A stretch of 64,000 nt of DNA from a phage, in sequence record PZ445430.1. One strand, written 5' to 3'. Position 1 is the stretch's first letter. Every line of letters begins with the position of its first letter. The notes beneath the pieces are model-generated. The model was not told where the DNA came from and ran no database searches. It worked only from the letters and a program-made list of their open reading frames with translations. A program made the translations under genes and the position numbers. Below, piece by piece: positions 39,051 through 46,207 of the stretch.

Positions 39051-39323
39051 ATGCATCCTGAAAACTTCTTTATATACTGTACTAGTCTTTTGCTTAAACG
39101 CCGGATTAATAAAGTATATCACTACAGAGCTAGTCAACAGCCTTATGTTTATGATTCTAGTGGAGATCATATTCCACTTGAGCAACTAGGGACTGATTAT
39201 ATGGTTTTGAAGCACTTTAATGAGGCGAAGATCTCTAGCGTTCATAACCGACAAAACTCTAAAACGTGGTGGCATAAGAAGCGTAAGAAAGGCATCAAAT
39301 TTCTTAAAAATGTAGTTGCTTAA
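39051..39323 (+). CDS. hypothetical protein
   Basis: About 90 aa from the ATG after GGAG. Confidence 0.4.
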   Translation: MHPENFFIYCTSLLLKRRINKVYHYRASQQPYVYDSSGDHIPLEQLGTDYMVLKHFNEAKISSVHNRQNSKTWWHKKRKKGIKFLKNVVA

Positions 39324-39344
39324 ATCCTTAAAGTTCTGTATAAT
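39316..39344 (+). promoter_or_regulatory. sigma70-type promoter
   Basis: TTGCTT, 17 bp, TATAAT. Confidence 0.6.
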
Positions 39345-39372
39345 TATTACATAAATTGAACTGGAGAACTAG

Positions 39373-39561
39373 ATGAAAGCACCTAAACCGAAATTAGTTA
39401 AGTTCGACTGCTGTGATACTGAAATCTTATTTACTAAGTTTGGTGAATTTAAGATGTGTGAATGTGGAACATGTGGTTACGATCATGGTGATGGATATTA
39501 TTGCAGAACCCTAGGGCCTTCTGAACTAATCCACTTCTCATGGCCGGAAAGTAAAGAATAA
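39373..39561 (+). CDS. small zinc-ribbon-like protein
   Basis: 62 aa; Cys pairs CCDT...CECGTCG...YCR; promoter 39316-39344. Confidence 0.5.
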   Translation: MKAPKPKLVKFDCCDTEILFTKFGEFKMCECGTCGYDHGDGYYCRTLGPSELIHFSWPESKE

Positions 39562-39563
39562 TA

Positions 39564-39639
39564 CGACCGTTGGCTGAATGGCTTAGGCGGAGGCCTGCAA
39601 AACCTCCTTATGTGAGTTCGAATCTCATGCGGTCGTCCA
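39564..39639 (+). tRNA. tRNA-Cys (anticodon GCA)
   Basis: Acceptor CGACCGT/GCGGTCG, anticodon loop CTGCAAA, T-arm GTGAG-TTCGAAT-CTCAT, discriminator T, CCA. Confidence 0.65.
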
Positions 39640-39781
39640 ATTTGCTGAAAGAATTGTTAAATCAATTCAGGCACGCGTAGGAACACTGCCTCAGTAATTG
39701 AAAGATGAGGCACGGTTTGGAGAGGTATGCCGCTACACGCTACGGTGCTAACTCCGTCTAGGTGAAAATCCTAGTCAGCAA

Positions 39782-39867
39782 TATAAATTTAGGGTCGTTG
39801 GCTGAACGGTTTAAGCGCCGGACTGTTAATCCGTATCCGCAAGGATAAAGTAGGTTCAACTCCTACA
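39782..39867 (+). tRNA. tRNA-Asn-like (anticodon GTT) with an extended variable arm
   Basis: Anticodon arm CGGA-CTGTTAA-TCCG; 15-nt variable region forming hairpin ATCC-GCAA-GGAT; T-arm GTAGG-TTCAACT-CCTAC; CCA. Confidence 0.5.
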
Positions 39868-39904
39868 CGGCCCGCCAATTTCACTAACAACTGAGGAAAT
39901 AGAT

Positions 39905-40090
39905 ATGACAACTCGTGCAATTGCTCTACTAGAAGCTGATCGTGATAATCTGATTAATAATATTAAGGTTCGTGGTAATATTATTAAGGCTCTGAAAGCT
40001 GAACTTCTTGAAGAACTTCAAGGTCAAGTAGAGCGTCGTGAAGCTCTAAAAGAGGTTGAGGAAGCTATCGAAAAACTCAAAACTGAGTAA
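39905..40090 (+). CDS. small hypothetical coiled-coil protein
   Basis: 61 aa. Confidence 0.4.
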   Translation: MTTRAIALLEADRDNLINNIKVRGNIIKALKAELLEELQGQVERREALKEVEEAIEKLKTE

Positions 40091-40099
40091 ACAAATTAT

Positions 40100-40176
40100 G
40101 CGATCGGGGCTGGCTTGGTAATGGTACTCCCCTGTCACGGGAGAGAATGTGGGTTCGAATCCCATCGGTCGCGCCA
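40100..40176 (+). tRNA. tRNA-Asp (anticodon GTC)
   Basis: Acceptor GCGATCG/CGGTCGC, anticodon stem CTCCC/GGGAG loop CTGTCAC, T-arm GTGGG-TTCGAAT-CCCAT, discriminator G, CCA. Confidence 0.7.
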
Positions 40177-40252
40177 ATTTTTGCAGGACGCTGGTATAGA
40201 TAACCACCGCGTGGGAAGTGTCTATATTTAGAGCACTGCAAAACATAATAAT

Positions 40253-40328
40253 ACATCCATAGCTCAATGGTTAGAGCTACCGCCTCTTAAGCGGAGGGTT
40301 CTAGGTTCAAGTCCTAGTGGGTGTACCA
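40253..40328 (+). tRNA. tRNA-Lys (anticodon CTT)
   Basis: Acceptor ACATCCA/TGGGTGT, D-arm GCTC-AATGGTTA-GAGC, anticodon loop CTCTTAA, T-arm CTAGG-TTCAAGT-CCTAG, CCA. Confidence 0.65.
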
Positions 40329-40541
40329 AACATCAGAGCAGCGTGATGTACTGCAAAGACCCAAAGTCCGGGGTGGACTTCTTGATTCAAAGGAGCAGGC
40401 ATTAATTATCATTCTAGCGTGGTGGAGAGGGGACACCAGCTTGCCGAGGGTAGAAGCTCGTTCGATTCGAGTGAAAGAATGGTTCTCGTAAATCCGCACA
40501 AGTGATAGCAGGTTCAAGTCCTGCCTAGATTGACTTATTAT

Positions 40542-40615
40542 GCGTTCGTAGTTAAAAGGTATAATTTTTGGTTGCCAACCAGAAGTTGAGGGTTCGATTC
40601 CCTCCGACCGCACCA
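40542..40615 (+). tRNA. tRNA-Gly (anticodon GCC)
   Basis: Acceptor GCGTTCG/CGACCGC (one mismatch), anticodon stem TTTGG/CCAGA loop TTGCCAA, T-arm GAGGG-TTCGATT-CCCTC, CCA. Confidence 0.6.
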
Positions 40616-40863
40616 AATTTAGGTTTCTGCTTCCTAGAGAACTGACTCCTAGATAAACAAGGCGATGAGTTTCCGGCCGGTTCTAGTCGCTGAAAATCCT
40701 CCCGACCAGGTAGGTGTAAGTAAACGAAAGTTTACTTATTAAGTAAGTCCGACACATCGGCGGGTGTGTTCTAGTACTTAAAGAAGGTCTCGCAAACTTT
40801 CTCGCTAGCATGAGTTCATAGCTCGGTGACTTACCTAATAAGTAAATTTATTAAAAAATGTAG

Positions 40864-40892
40864 TTGCTATTTAGCTTAATTCTCTGTATAAT
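40864..40892 (+). promoter_or_regulatory. sigma70-type promoter driving tRNA-Pro and the adjacent CAT tRNA
   Basis: TTGCTA, 17 bp, TATAAT. Confidence 0.6.
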
Positions 40893-40924
40893 ATATTTTA
40901 TAAAGTGAGTTAACAAAGAATATT

Positions 40925-41002
40925 CTCCGTGTAGCTCAGTTTGGCCAGAGCGTTTCGTTTGGGGCGATAGGGTCGGGGGTTCAAATCCTCCCACGGAGAC
41001 CA
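40925..41002 (+). tRNA. tRNA-Pro (anticodon TGG)
   Basis: Acceptor CTCCGTG/CACGGAG, D-arm GCTC...GAGC, anticodon loop TTTGGGG, T-loop TTCAAAT, CCA; about 30 nt after promoter 40864-40892. Confidence 0.7.
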
Positions 41003-41008
41003 AACAAT

Positions 41009-41086
41009 TGCGGGTTAGATCTCTGGTAGAGATCGCTAGTCTCATAAGCTAGAAAGAGGTAGGTTCGATTCCTACACCCGCTTCCA
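41009..41086 (+). tRNA. tRNA with CAT anticodon (Met/fMet or Ile2)
   Basis: D-arm GATC-TCTGGTAGA-GATC, anticodon stem CTAGT/GCTAG loop CTCATAA, T-arm GTAGG-TTCGATT-CCTAC, CCA; unpaired T1:T72. Confidence 0.65.
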
Positions 41087-41106
41087 ATTTAATAGAAGGA
41101 TTTCGA

Positions 41107-41271
41107 AATGAAATTATTTCGTTTAAAAGTAAGTGATCTACGTTCTAGCAAAGATCGTAAGAAGTATCCACTAGCTCACTATGGTAAAGATGAAAACGAA
41201 GTGATGGCGGAATTTGGTATTAATCATCCTTACTTGAAAGTCTACTCTATTAAAGAAGTATACATGTATTA
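41107..41271 (+). CDS. small hypothetical protein (54 aa)
   Basis: ATG after AAGGA RBS; between two tRNAs; below the ORF-track cutoff. Confidence 0.3.
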
Positions 41272-41274
41272 AAT

Positions 41275-41352
41275 TGACCGTTAACTCAACTGGATAAGAG
41301 TACCGAGCTTTTACCTCGTAGGTTCTGGGTTCGAATCCCAGACGGTCAACCA
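41275..41352 (+). tRNA. tRNA-Lys (anticodon TTT)
   Basis: Acceptor TGACCGT/ACGGTCA, anticodon loop CTTTTAC, T-arm CTGGG-TTCGAAT-CCCAG, CCA. Confidence 0.7.
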
Positions 41353-41369
41353 ATTTAAAGGAATTTGTT

Positions 41370-41687
41370 ATGAATATTAACAAAGTTCTAGAAACAATAT
41401 CAGAAATGTCTGGTAGAGCTGGAAAACGCTTTACTGAACTATGCATTAAAAATCAAAAAGTACCAGAACATCAATGTCATTATTGTCGAGACTGTGAACA
41501 ATACCATGAAATGTGTATGGTTGAAGATTGGGTCTGGGATCAGATAAGAAAAGAGCAACCCAAAGATATTGTTCTATGTTTTACTTGTATGGAACGACGT
41601 TTAGGACGTAAAATTACGCTCAAAGATCTTAAACATGTTCCCTGTAACGCTCCTTACTTCATTGGCTTTAGAATGGAGAGATTTTAA
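41370..41687 (+). CDS. Cys-rich hypothetical protein
   Basis: 105 aa; motifs CHYCRDCEQYHEMC and CFTC. Confidence 0.5.
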   Translation: MNINKVLETISEMSGRAGKRFTELCIKNQKVPEHQCHYCRDCEQYHEMCMVEDWVWDQIRKEQPKDIVLCFTCMERRLGRKITLKDLKHVPCNAPYFIGFRMERF

Positions 41688-41820
41688 TGACTATCTGGTT
41701 TTATTTAATGAAGCAGAAAATAAGAGATTCCTATGTATTCTCTGCTGACTTTACAATAGGTATGTTTATAGCAGGTTTCTGTGAATTTGTAGTTGAAGCC
41801 TACATCATAGGAAGTCTTTT

Positions 41821-41894
41821 GCTCGGTTAGTTTAATGGGAGAACCCCGTCTTTACACGGCGGTTGCGATAGTTCGATTCTATCACCGAGTACCA
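41821..41894 (+). tRNA. tRNA-Val (anticodon TAC)
   Basis: Acceptor GCTCGGT/ACCGAGT, D-arm GTTT-AATGGGA-GAAC, anticodon stem CCGTC/GGCGG loop TTTACAC, T-arm GATAG-TTCGATT-CTATC, CCA. Confidence 0.7.
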
Positions 41895-41919
41895 ATTAAC
41901 TCAAAATAAGGAATTGCAA

Positions 41920-42273
41920 ATGCAATTATCAAGCAAGGTTCAAGGCTATTTCGGGCATGTAACAATGGAGTTCGCTATCTCTAAAGGTTGGGACTTCGAA
42001 CAAGATCTAGCTGAATTCTACAAAGATATTGATCTGAATGTACCGTACATAGGACTCTCTACTGGTCAAGAGATCACAGAAGGCGATGTGTTCAAGGCAA
42101 GTCAAGGTGAGGTAACACCTAGTTTTGCCGAGTTCTGGTTAGGAATTACTCTGAAAGATGATGCACCGGATGGTGGTGTGGTTATGCAGAGTATGCACTC
42201 TGGAAGCTCTGATTACCTTTTCGTTAGTGACGTTAAGGAAATACAAGAAATCTGCAAAAATGTACTTGCTTGA
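41920..42273 (+). CDS. hypothetical protein
   Basis: About 117 aa from the ATG after AAGGA. Confidence 0.45.
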   Translation: MQLSSKVQGYFGHVTMEFAISKGWDFEQDLAEFYKDIDLNVPYIGLSTGQEITEGDVFKASQGEVTPSFAEFWLGITLKDDAPDGGVVMQSMHSGSSDYLFVSDVKEIQEICKNVLA

Positions 42274-42294
42274 TGCTTAATTTCTTGTTATAAT
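42266..42294 (+). promoter_or_regulatory. sigma70-type promoter heading a 260 nt leader and the tRNA-Ala pair
   Basis: TTGCTT, 17 bp, TATAAT; leader begins with hairpin GATGAGGAGAAATCCTCATC. Confidence 0.55.
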
Positions 42295-42557
42295 ATTTAT
42301 ATAAATCGATGAGGAGAAATCCTCATCAAAGTTCACTAAGGTATTAGCTCGACCTAGGACTGGCTGCCAACAAGCACAGTTGCAATTAGACCCCTAATGG
42401 CGGGGGGATACTTTGCAATAAGTTCTAGATTAGTCCACTAGATTCAGCGGCAACTGAATAGTGTATCGGGTTTGTGAAGAGCGGTTATCCTCTACTGGCT
42501 AATGTCTGAGGGTAATACGCACACCGAGCTAATAGCCTTAGTAAACTTAAAGATTTT

Positions 42558-42631
42558 GGGGATATAGTTTAATGGTAGAACATCTGCCTTGCACGCAGAA
42601 GACGAGGGTTCAACTCCCTCTTTCTCCACCA
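42558..42631 (+). tRNA. tRNA-Ala (anticodon TGC)
   Basis: G3:U70 wobble in acceptor GGGGATA/TTTCTCC; anticodon stem TCTGC/GCAGA loop CTTGCAC; T-arm GAGGG-TTCAACT-CCCTC; CCA. Confidence 0.65.
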
Positions 42632-42636
42632 AATTC

Positions 42637-42712
42637 GGGGTCATAGGTTATTTGGTTAAACTTACTGCCTTGCAAGCAGTGGAACTCAGTTCAATTCTGA
42701 GTGACTCCACCA
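42637..42712 (+). tRNA. second tRNA-Ala-like gene (anticodon TGC)
   Basis: G3:U70 in acceptor GGGGTCA/TGACTCC; anticodon stem ACTGC/GCAGT loop CTTGCAA; T-arm CTCAG-TTCAATT-CTGAG; CCA. Confidence 0.55.
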
Positions 42713-42731
42713 AACAAATTAAGGAAATAAT

Positions 42732-42950
42732 ATGGTATTCTTAGTAGCCTCTGTAGTTCTTGCAGCTTTAGCACTAGCTATCTATTTTAGAACTGTTAAA
42801 GATTTAGCTAAAGAAAAGAAAACTTTCTTTACTGATTATTCTTGGGGCGCTCCATATACTGTCCGCTTTATCAGCTTAGAAGCTATGCTGATAATGGTAT
42901 TCAGTGGCGTAGGTTCCATTGTTGCGGGATTATTATTTATTTCTAACTAA
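42732..42950 (+). CDS. small membrane protein
   Basis: 72 aa with two hydrophobic segments. Confidence 0.45.
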   Translation: MVFLVASVVLAALALAIYFRTVKDLAKEKKTFFTDYSWGAPYTVRFISLEAMLIMVFSGVGSIVAGLLFISN

Positions 42951-42957
42951 ATAAAAT

Positions 42958-43038
42958 GGGGATGTGGCGAAATTGGCAGACGCGCTAGATTTAGGTTCTA
43001 GTCTCCGGGTGTGGGTTCGAGTCCCTCCATCCCTACCA
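42958..43038 (+). tRNA. tRNA-Leu (anticodon TAG)
   Basis: Acceptor GGGGATG/CATCCCT, anticodon stem CTAGA/TCTAG loop TTTAGGT, extended variable region, T-loop TTCGAGT, discriminator A, CCA. Confidence 0.6.
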
Positions 43039-43054
43039 AACATTGGATTAACTC

Positions 43055-43267
43055 ATGATGAAAACTCCTATAACTGATATCTGGTTAGCTGTTAATACGT
43101 TAACTAAAGAGTATGTGTTTATAGAGTATGGTCAGAGGTATGACCAAAAGATGTATAATCTCATACTTCCAGTATCCGCTAATGAAGTTTATGATTTAAT
43201 CCTGAGATCTACGGAAGAGCAAATCGACTTGGTGACGAAAACCACTTGGAAAGTGGCTGACTTGTGA
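43055..43267 (+). CDS. doubtful small ORF overlapping tRNA-Ser
   Basis: 70 aa ORF whose last 55 nt overlap the tRNA at 43213-43305. Confidence 0.2.
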   Translation: MMKTPITDIWLAVNTLTKEYVFIEYGQRYDQKMYNLILPVSANEVYDLILRSTEEQIDLVTKTTWKVADL

Positions 43268-43305
43268 AAGCAGGCTTGAGAGTTCGAATCTCTCTTCTTC
43301 CGCCA
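43213..43305 (+). tRNA. tRNA-Ser (anticodon GGA), class II
   Basis: Acceptor GGAAGAG/TTCTTCC, anticodon loop TTGGAAA, long variable arm, T-arm GAGAG-TTCGAAT-CTCTC, discriminator G, CCA. Confidence 0.6.
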
Positions 43306-43319
43306 AACAAAATTTATAG

Positions 43320-43414
43320 GGTAGGTCAATCCAACGGCTGGCGCTGGACTCCGACTTGAAATCGGTTGATCGTAGTGATACGGTGTAAGGGTTCGATCCC
43401 CTTACCTACCCCCA
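43320..43414 (+). tRNA. tRNA-Ser (anticodon TGA), class II
   Basis: Acceptor GGTAGGT/ACCTACC, anticodon stem CCGA/TCGG loop CTTGAAA, long variable arm, T-arm AAGGG-TTCGATC-CCCTT, CCA. Confidence 0.6.
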
Positions 43415-43729
43415 AATCTTGAAGTATGCCGGAATCGGTAGACGGGGCTTCCTAAAGGGCGTAAGAGGAACATCCACTCCTCATAAGATACCCGAAAACG
43501 AGGCTGAGATAAATGGTCTATCTCGTGAAGGTTCAAGTCCTTCTGCTTCTTGATATTCAATGGCTCAAAGAGTAACGGTGCACCTTTCTAGAGAATTTTC
43601 TGGGCGAGAATCCAGAAGTAATCAACTAGTTGTTAGTGTGATGAGTTTCGGAGAGCCGCCACAATTGAAGTCTTTAGAATGGGTATCGCCCTTTAGCCCC
43701 TCCGAAAGGGATAACTAGAGATTTCAATT

Positions 43730-43806
43730 GTGGCTATATCATAATTGGTTAATGATCCTGATTGTGAATCAGGCCTATGTGGATTCGAATTCCACTAGCC
43801 ACCCCA
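43730..43806 (+). tRNA. tRNA-His (anticodon GTG)
   Basis: Acceptor GTGGCTA/TAGCCAC, D-arm TCAT-AATTGGTTA-ATGA, anticodon stem CCTGA/TCAGG loop TTGTGAA, T-arm GTGGA-TTCGAAT-TCCAC, discriminator C, CCA. Confidence 0.7.
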
Positions 43807-43812
43807 AATATT

Positions 43813-43887
43813 GCGTCCTTATTTCAATGGAAAGAATGTAAAGCTACGAACTTTACGATCGGGGTTCGATTCCCTGAGGATGCACCA
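43813..43887 (+). tRNA. tRNA-Arg (anticodon ACG)
   Basis: Acceptor GCGTCCT/AGGATGC, anticodon stem TAAAG/CTTTA loop CTACGAA, T-arm CGGGG-TTCGATT-CCCTG, CCA. Confidence 0.7.
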
Positions 43888-43911
43888 ATTAACTTATATA
43901 GGAAATAAAAT

Positions 43912-44112
43912 ATGGCTGATTTCTGCAAAGAATGCTCTATCGATATGTGGGGCAAAGATACTGGTGATCTTTCTGGTCTGATTACAGAAGCCGAAGTTAA
44001 AGAAGGCTATGGTGCTGTTGTAATCTGTGAAGGTTGTGGTATTATTCGTGTTGATCATAATGGTAAACGTCTAGAAGAACCAGATCCAATTGCCACGGTT
44101 CCTGTAGAATAA
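43912..44112 (+). CDS. small zinc-ribbon-like protein
   Basis: 66 aa; Cys pairs CKEC and CEGCG. Confidence 0.45.
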   Translation: MADFCKECSIDMWGKDTGDLSGLITEAEVKEGYGAVVICEGCGIIRVDHNGKRLEEPDPIATVPVE

Positions 44113-44119
44113 AAATTAT

Positions 44120-44195
44120 TGGGATGTAGATCAATTGGCAGATCGTCGGCCTCTGACTCCGAAGGTTCCACGTTCGATCCGTGGCATCCCAGCCA
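44120..44195 (+). tRNA. tRNA-Gln (anticodon CTG)
   Basis: Acceptor TGGGATG/CATCCCA (U1:A72), D-arm GATC...GATC, anticodon loop CTCTGAC, T-arm CCACG-TTCGATC-CGTGG, discriminator G, CCA. Confidence 0.7.
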
Positions 44196-44201
44196 AATAC
44201 T

Positions 44202-44277
44202 TGGAGAGTAGTGTAACGGTTAGCACAACGGCCTTTGACTCCGTTAATGGTAGGTTCGATTCCTCCTTCTCCAGCCA
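44202..44277 (+). tRNA. tRNA-Gln (anticodon TTG)
   Basis: Acceptor TGGAGAG/TTCTCCA, anticodon stem ACGGC/TCCGT loop CTTTGAC, T-loop TTCGATT, discriminator G, CCA. Confidence 0.7.
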
Positions 44278-44283
44278 ATTTAT

Positions 44284-44358
44284 GCGTGATTAGTTCAGTG
44301 GCTAGAATAACTGGCTTCCAACCAGTAGACACGAGTTCGACTCTCGTATCCCGCACCA
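44284..44358 (+). tRNA. tRNA-Gly (anticodon TCC)
   Basis: Anticodon stem ACTGG/CCAGT loop CTTCCAA; T-arm ACGAG-TTCGACT-CTCGT; acceptor GCGTGAT/ATCCCGC; CCA. Confidence 0.65.
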
Positions 44359-44373
44359 ATTTAAGGAAACGTT

Positions 44374-44580
44374 ATGGACGTTTTTGAGTTTCGTAATAAA
44401 AACCCTAATAGGCGAGTTTTAATTATTGGTGAAACATACCGAGCTTATGAGCAGGAAGACGGTTCGGTTTTATTAAATGATGAAAAGCAAGGCTATAGCT
44501 TTCATCCGGAAGAAACATATGAAGAATTTCGTACTAAGTTTCTTTTACCAGACTGGCTAGCAATAGCTGAGCAAAGATAA
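44374..44580 (+). CDS. small hypothetical protein
   Basis: 68 aa. Confidence 0.45.
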   Translation: MDVFEFRNKNPNRRVLIIGETYRAYEQEDGSVLLNDEKQGYSFHPEETYEEFRTKFLLPDWLAIAEQR

Positions 44581-44755
44581 CCCGAAGATGGCTGATAATC
44601 TAAAGGTAGATAAACGAATGAAGCACGTTGAGGTTGAGTTGGGTGAAGAACGTTTAAAACTCTCCTTCGAATTCTTACAACAGTTGGCTATGACAGTAAT
44701 GTCTGATAAGTCTCCTGTATTTGAAAAAGAAATTCCGTTGAAATAACGGGTTTAT

Positions 44756-44830
44756 TGCTCCTAAAGCATTGCTGGCGATGCAGTTGCCTTGTAAGCATCT
44801 GAACCGGGTTCGATTCCTGGTGGGAGCACC
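44756..44830 (+). tRNA. tRNA-Thr (anticodon TGT)
   Basis: Acceptor GCTCCTA/TGGGAGC, D-arm GCAT...ATGC, anticodon loop CTTGTAA, T-arm CCGGG-TTCGATT-CCTGG, CCA. Confidence 0.7.
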
Positions 44831-44844
44831 AAATTTAAAAATTC

Positions 44845-44874
44845 ATTTGCCTTCTCTCTTATTTCTTGTTATAA
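44845..44874 (+). promoter_or_regulatory. sigma70-type promoter
   Basis: TTGCCT, 18 bp, TATAAT. Confidence 0.5.
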
Positions 44875-44905
44875 TATTTATATAAATTAATGAGAGGGAA
44901 ACCAA

Positions 44906-45199
44906 ATGAAACGTTATCTTTCTGTCGTGTTCCAAACGGGTGGTCAACGCTACACTTACGAATTTCCTGAGTCTTGGAAAATAAAAGAAGGTGATCAAGT
45001 TGTTGTGCTAACACCTCGTGAAGGCTTCAAAGTAGTAACGGTTAAACAAGTATTTCCAAAAGATCACGAACCATCTAAGTCTATTCAGTACAAGATGATT
45101 CACGGTCTGGTACGAAAAGTACCTAGAACAGAAGTCGAAGTAGATAAAACTGGTGAAGCTAAATACCAGTATACCTCTTACTTAGACGAGTTGTTATAA
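44906..45199 (+). CDS. hypothetical protein
   Basis: 97 aa after promoter 44845-44874 and GAGAGGGAAACC RBS. Confidence 0.5.
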   Translation: MKRYLSVVFQTGGQRYTYEFPESWKIKEGDQVVVLTPREGFKVVTVKQVFPKDHEPSKSIQYKMIHGLVRKVPRTEVEVDKTGEAKYQYTSYLDELL

Positions 45200-45405
45200 T
45201 GAGAATTACTTTCACAGAAAAGATTATGGGCAATGGTGTTATGATCATTACCGCATGGGATGGTAATCAGTGGTGTAGTGTTTCAGGTATTAAGCCTGAA
45301 GAACAAACACTAGAAAATATCTCAAAGATTAAGCGAAGAATGGCAGAACGTGCACGACTTCCAGGTGCGCCTAGAAATGGTAAACGTTCTGCAATTAAAT
45401 GTTAA
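45199..45405 (+). CDS. small hypothetical protein
   Basis: 68 aa, ATGA-coupled to the upstream gene. Confidence 0.45.
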   Translation: MRITFTEKIMGNGVMIITAWDGNQWCSVSGIKPEEQTLENISKIKRRMAERARLPGAPRNGKRSAIKC

Positions 45406-45406
45406 T

Positions 45407-45483
45407 GCTTCGGTAGCTTAGCGATCTAAAGCACTCGGCTGATAACCGAGAGATCGGGGGTTTAAATCCCTCCCGGAGTACCA
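45407..45483 (+). tRNA. tRNA-Ile (anticodon GAT)
   Basis: Acceptor GCTTCGG/CCGGAGT, D-arm GCTT...AAGC, anticodon stem CTCGG/CCGAG loop CTGATAA, T-arm GGGGG-TTTAAAT-CCCTC, CCA. Confidence 0.7.
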
Positions 45484-45578
45484 AATTTAGGAAGTAAGAC
45501 TATGCGTCCAGGAAAGTTTAAAAAAGCTAATTGGTCTAAAGAGTATAAAGAATACTTACTTAGTCTAGTAAAACATAA

Positions 45579-45654
45579 TAGTTAGTTGGCAGAGAGGTTA
45601 TGCACCTCCTTCATACGGAGCGACTACAGTGGTTCAAATCCACTACTAACTACC
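45579..45654 (+). tRNA. tRNA with CAT anticodon (third Met/Ile2-type gene)
   Basis: Acceptor AGTTAGT/ACTAACT, anticodon loop TTCATAC, T-arm AGTGG-TTCAAAT-CCACT, CCA. Confidence 0.6.
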
Positions 45655-45838
45655 AAAGATAAGATCAGGCCTTTGTGCCAGATCTCTGTGTTTATTAAAC
45701 TGAATGGGACTATCAATCCACAAGCCGGACTACGAGCGATTATCGGGTATTCACTTAATAAACAGCCTGCCTCCCAGTTTTTATCTTGCTTCTGGGTTAA
45801 CAAAAAGCTGAGCCAAATTCTAACATCATGGAGATCTA

Positions 45839-46207
45839 ATGAAAGCGTACCAAAACCTTAAATCCGGCGTAATTAACCTTGTTCATGACAATCAGATCAT
45901 TCAATTATACTCTAAAGATGGTGAACTTAAACAAAAAGTTCTAGTTGAAGATCTAGAAGGTATCACACCTCACTTTGATACTGAAGCCTTTCGCATCGTA
46001 GATGTTGAAGTAGTTCCTCAGGTCGAGGGCGGTCAGCACCTAAATGTCAATGTGTTAAGTCGTGATCAGCTTTTGGATGCACAGAAACATCCTGAAAAAT
46101 ACCCTCAGTTGACCATTCGTGTCTCTGGCTATGCTGTTCGATTTAATGCACTGACGCGTGAACAACAGAACGACGTTATTAGTCGTACATTTACTCAGGC
46201 GATATAA
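45839..46207 (+). CDS. grcA: autonomous glycyl-radical cofactor (GrcA/YfiD-like)
   Basis: 122 aa; C-terminal [11 protein letters not shown]...[20 protein letters not shown] carries the glycyl-radical motif RVSGY and closely matches enterobacterial GrcA as recalled. Confidence 0.75.
   Translation: MKAYQNLKSGVINLVHDNQIIQLYSKDGELKQKVLVEDLEGITPHFDTEAFRIVDVEVVPQVEGGQHLNVNVLSRDQLLDAQKHPEKYPQLTIRVSGYAVRFNALTREQQNDVISRTFTQAI

Noticed and set aside
40046-44359. Minus-strand ORFs in the tRNA region (40046-40267, 40314-40616, 40851-41045, 41171-41446, 44042-44359)
   Set aside because: Each overlaps one or more plus-strand tRNA genes and translates the complement of tRNA stems
45586-45861. 91 aa plus-strand ORF
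   Set aside because: Begins inside the CAT tRNA at 45579-45654 and has no RBS; the downstream GrcA-like frame is the real gene
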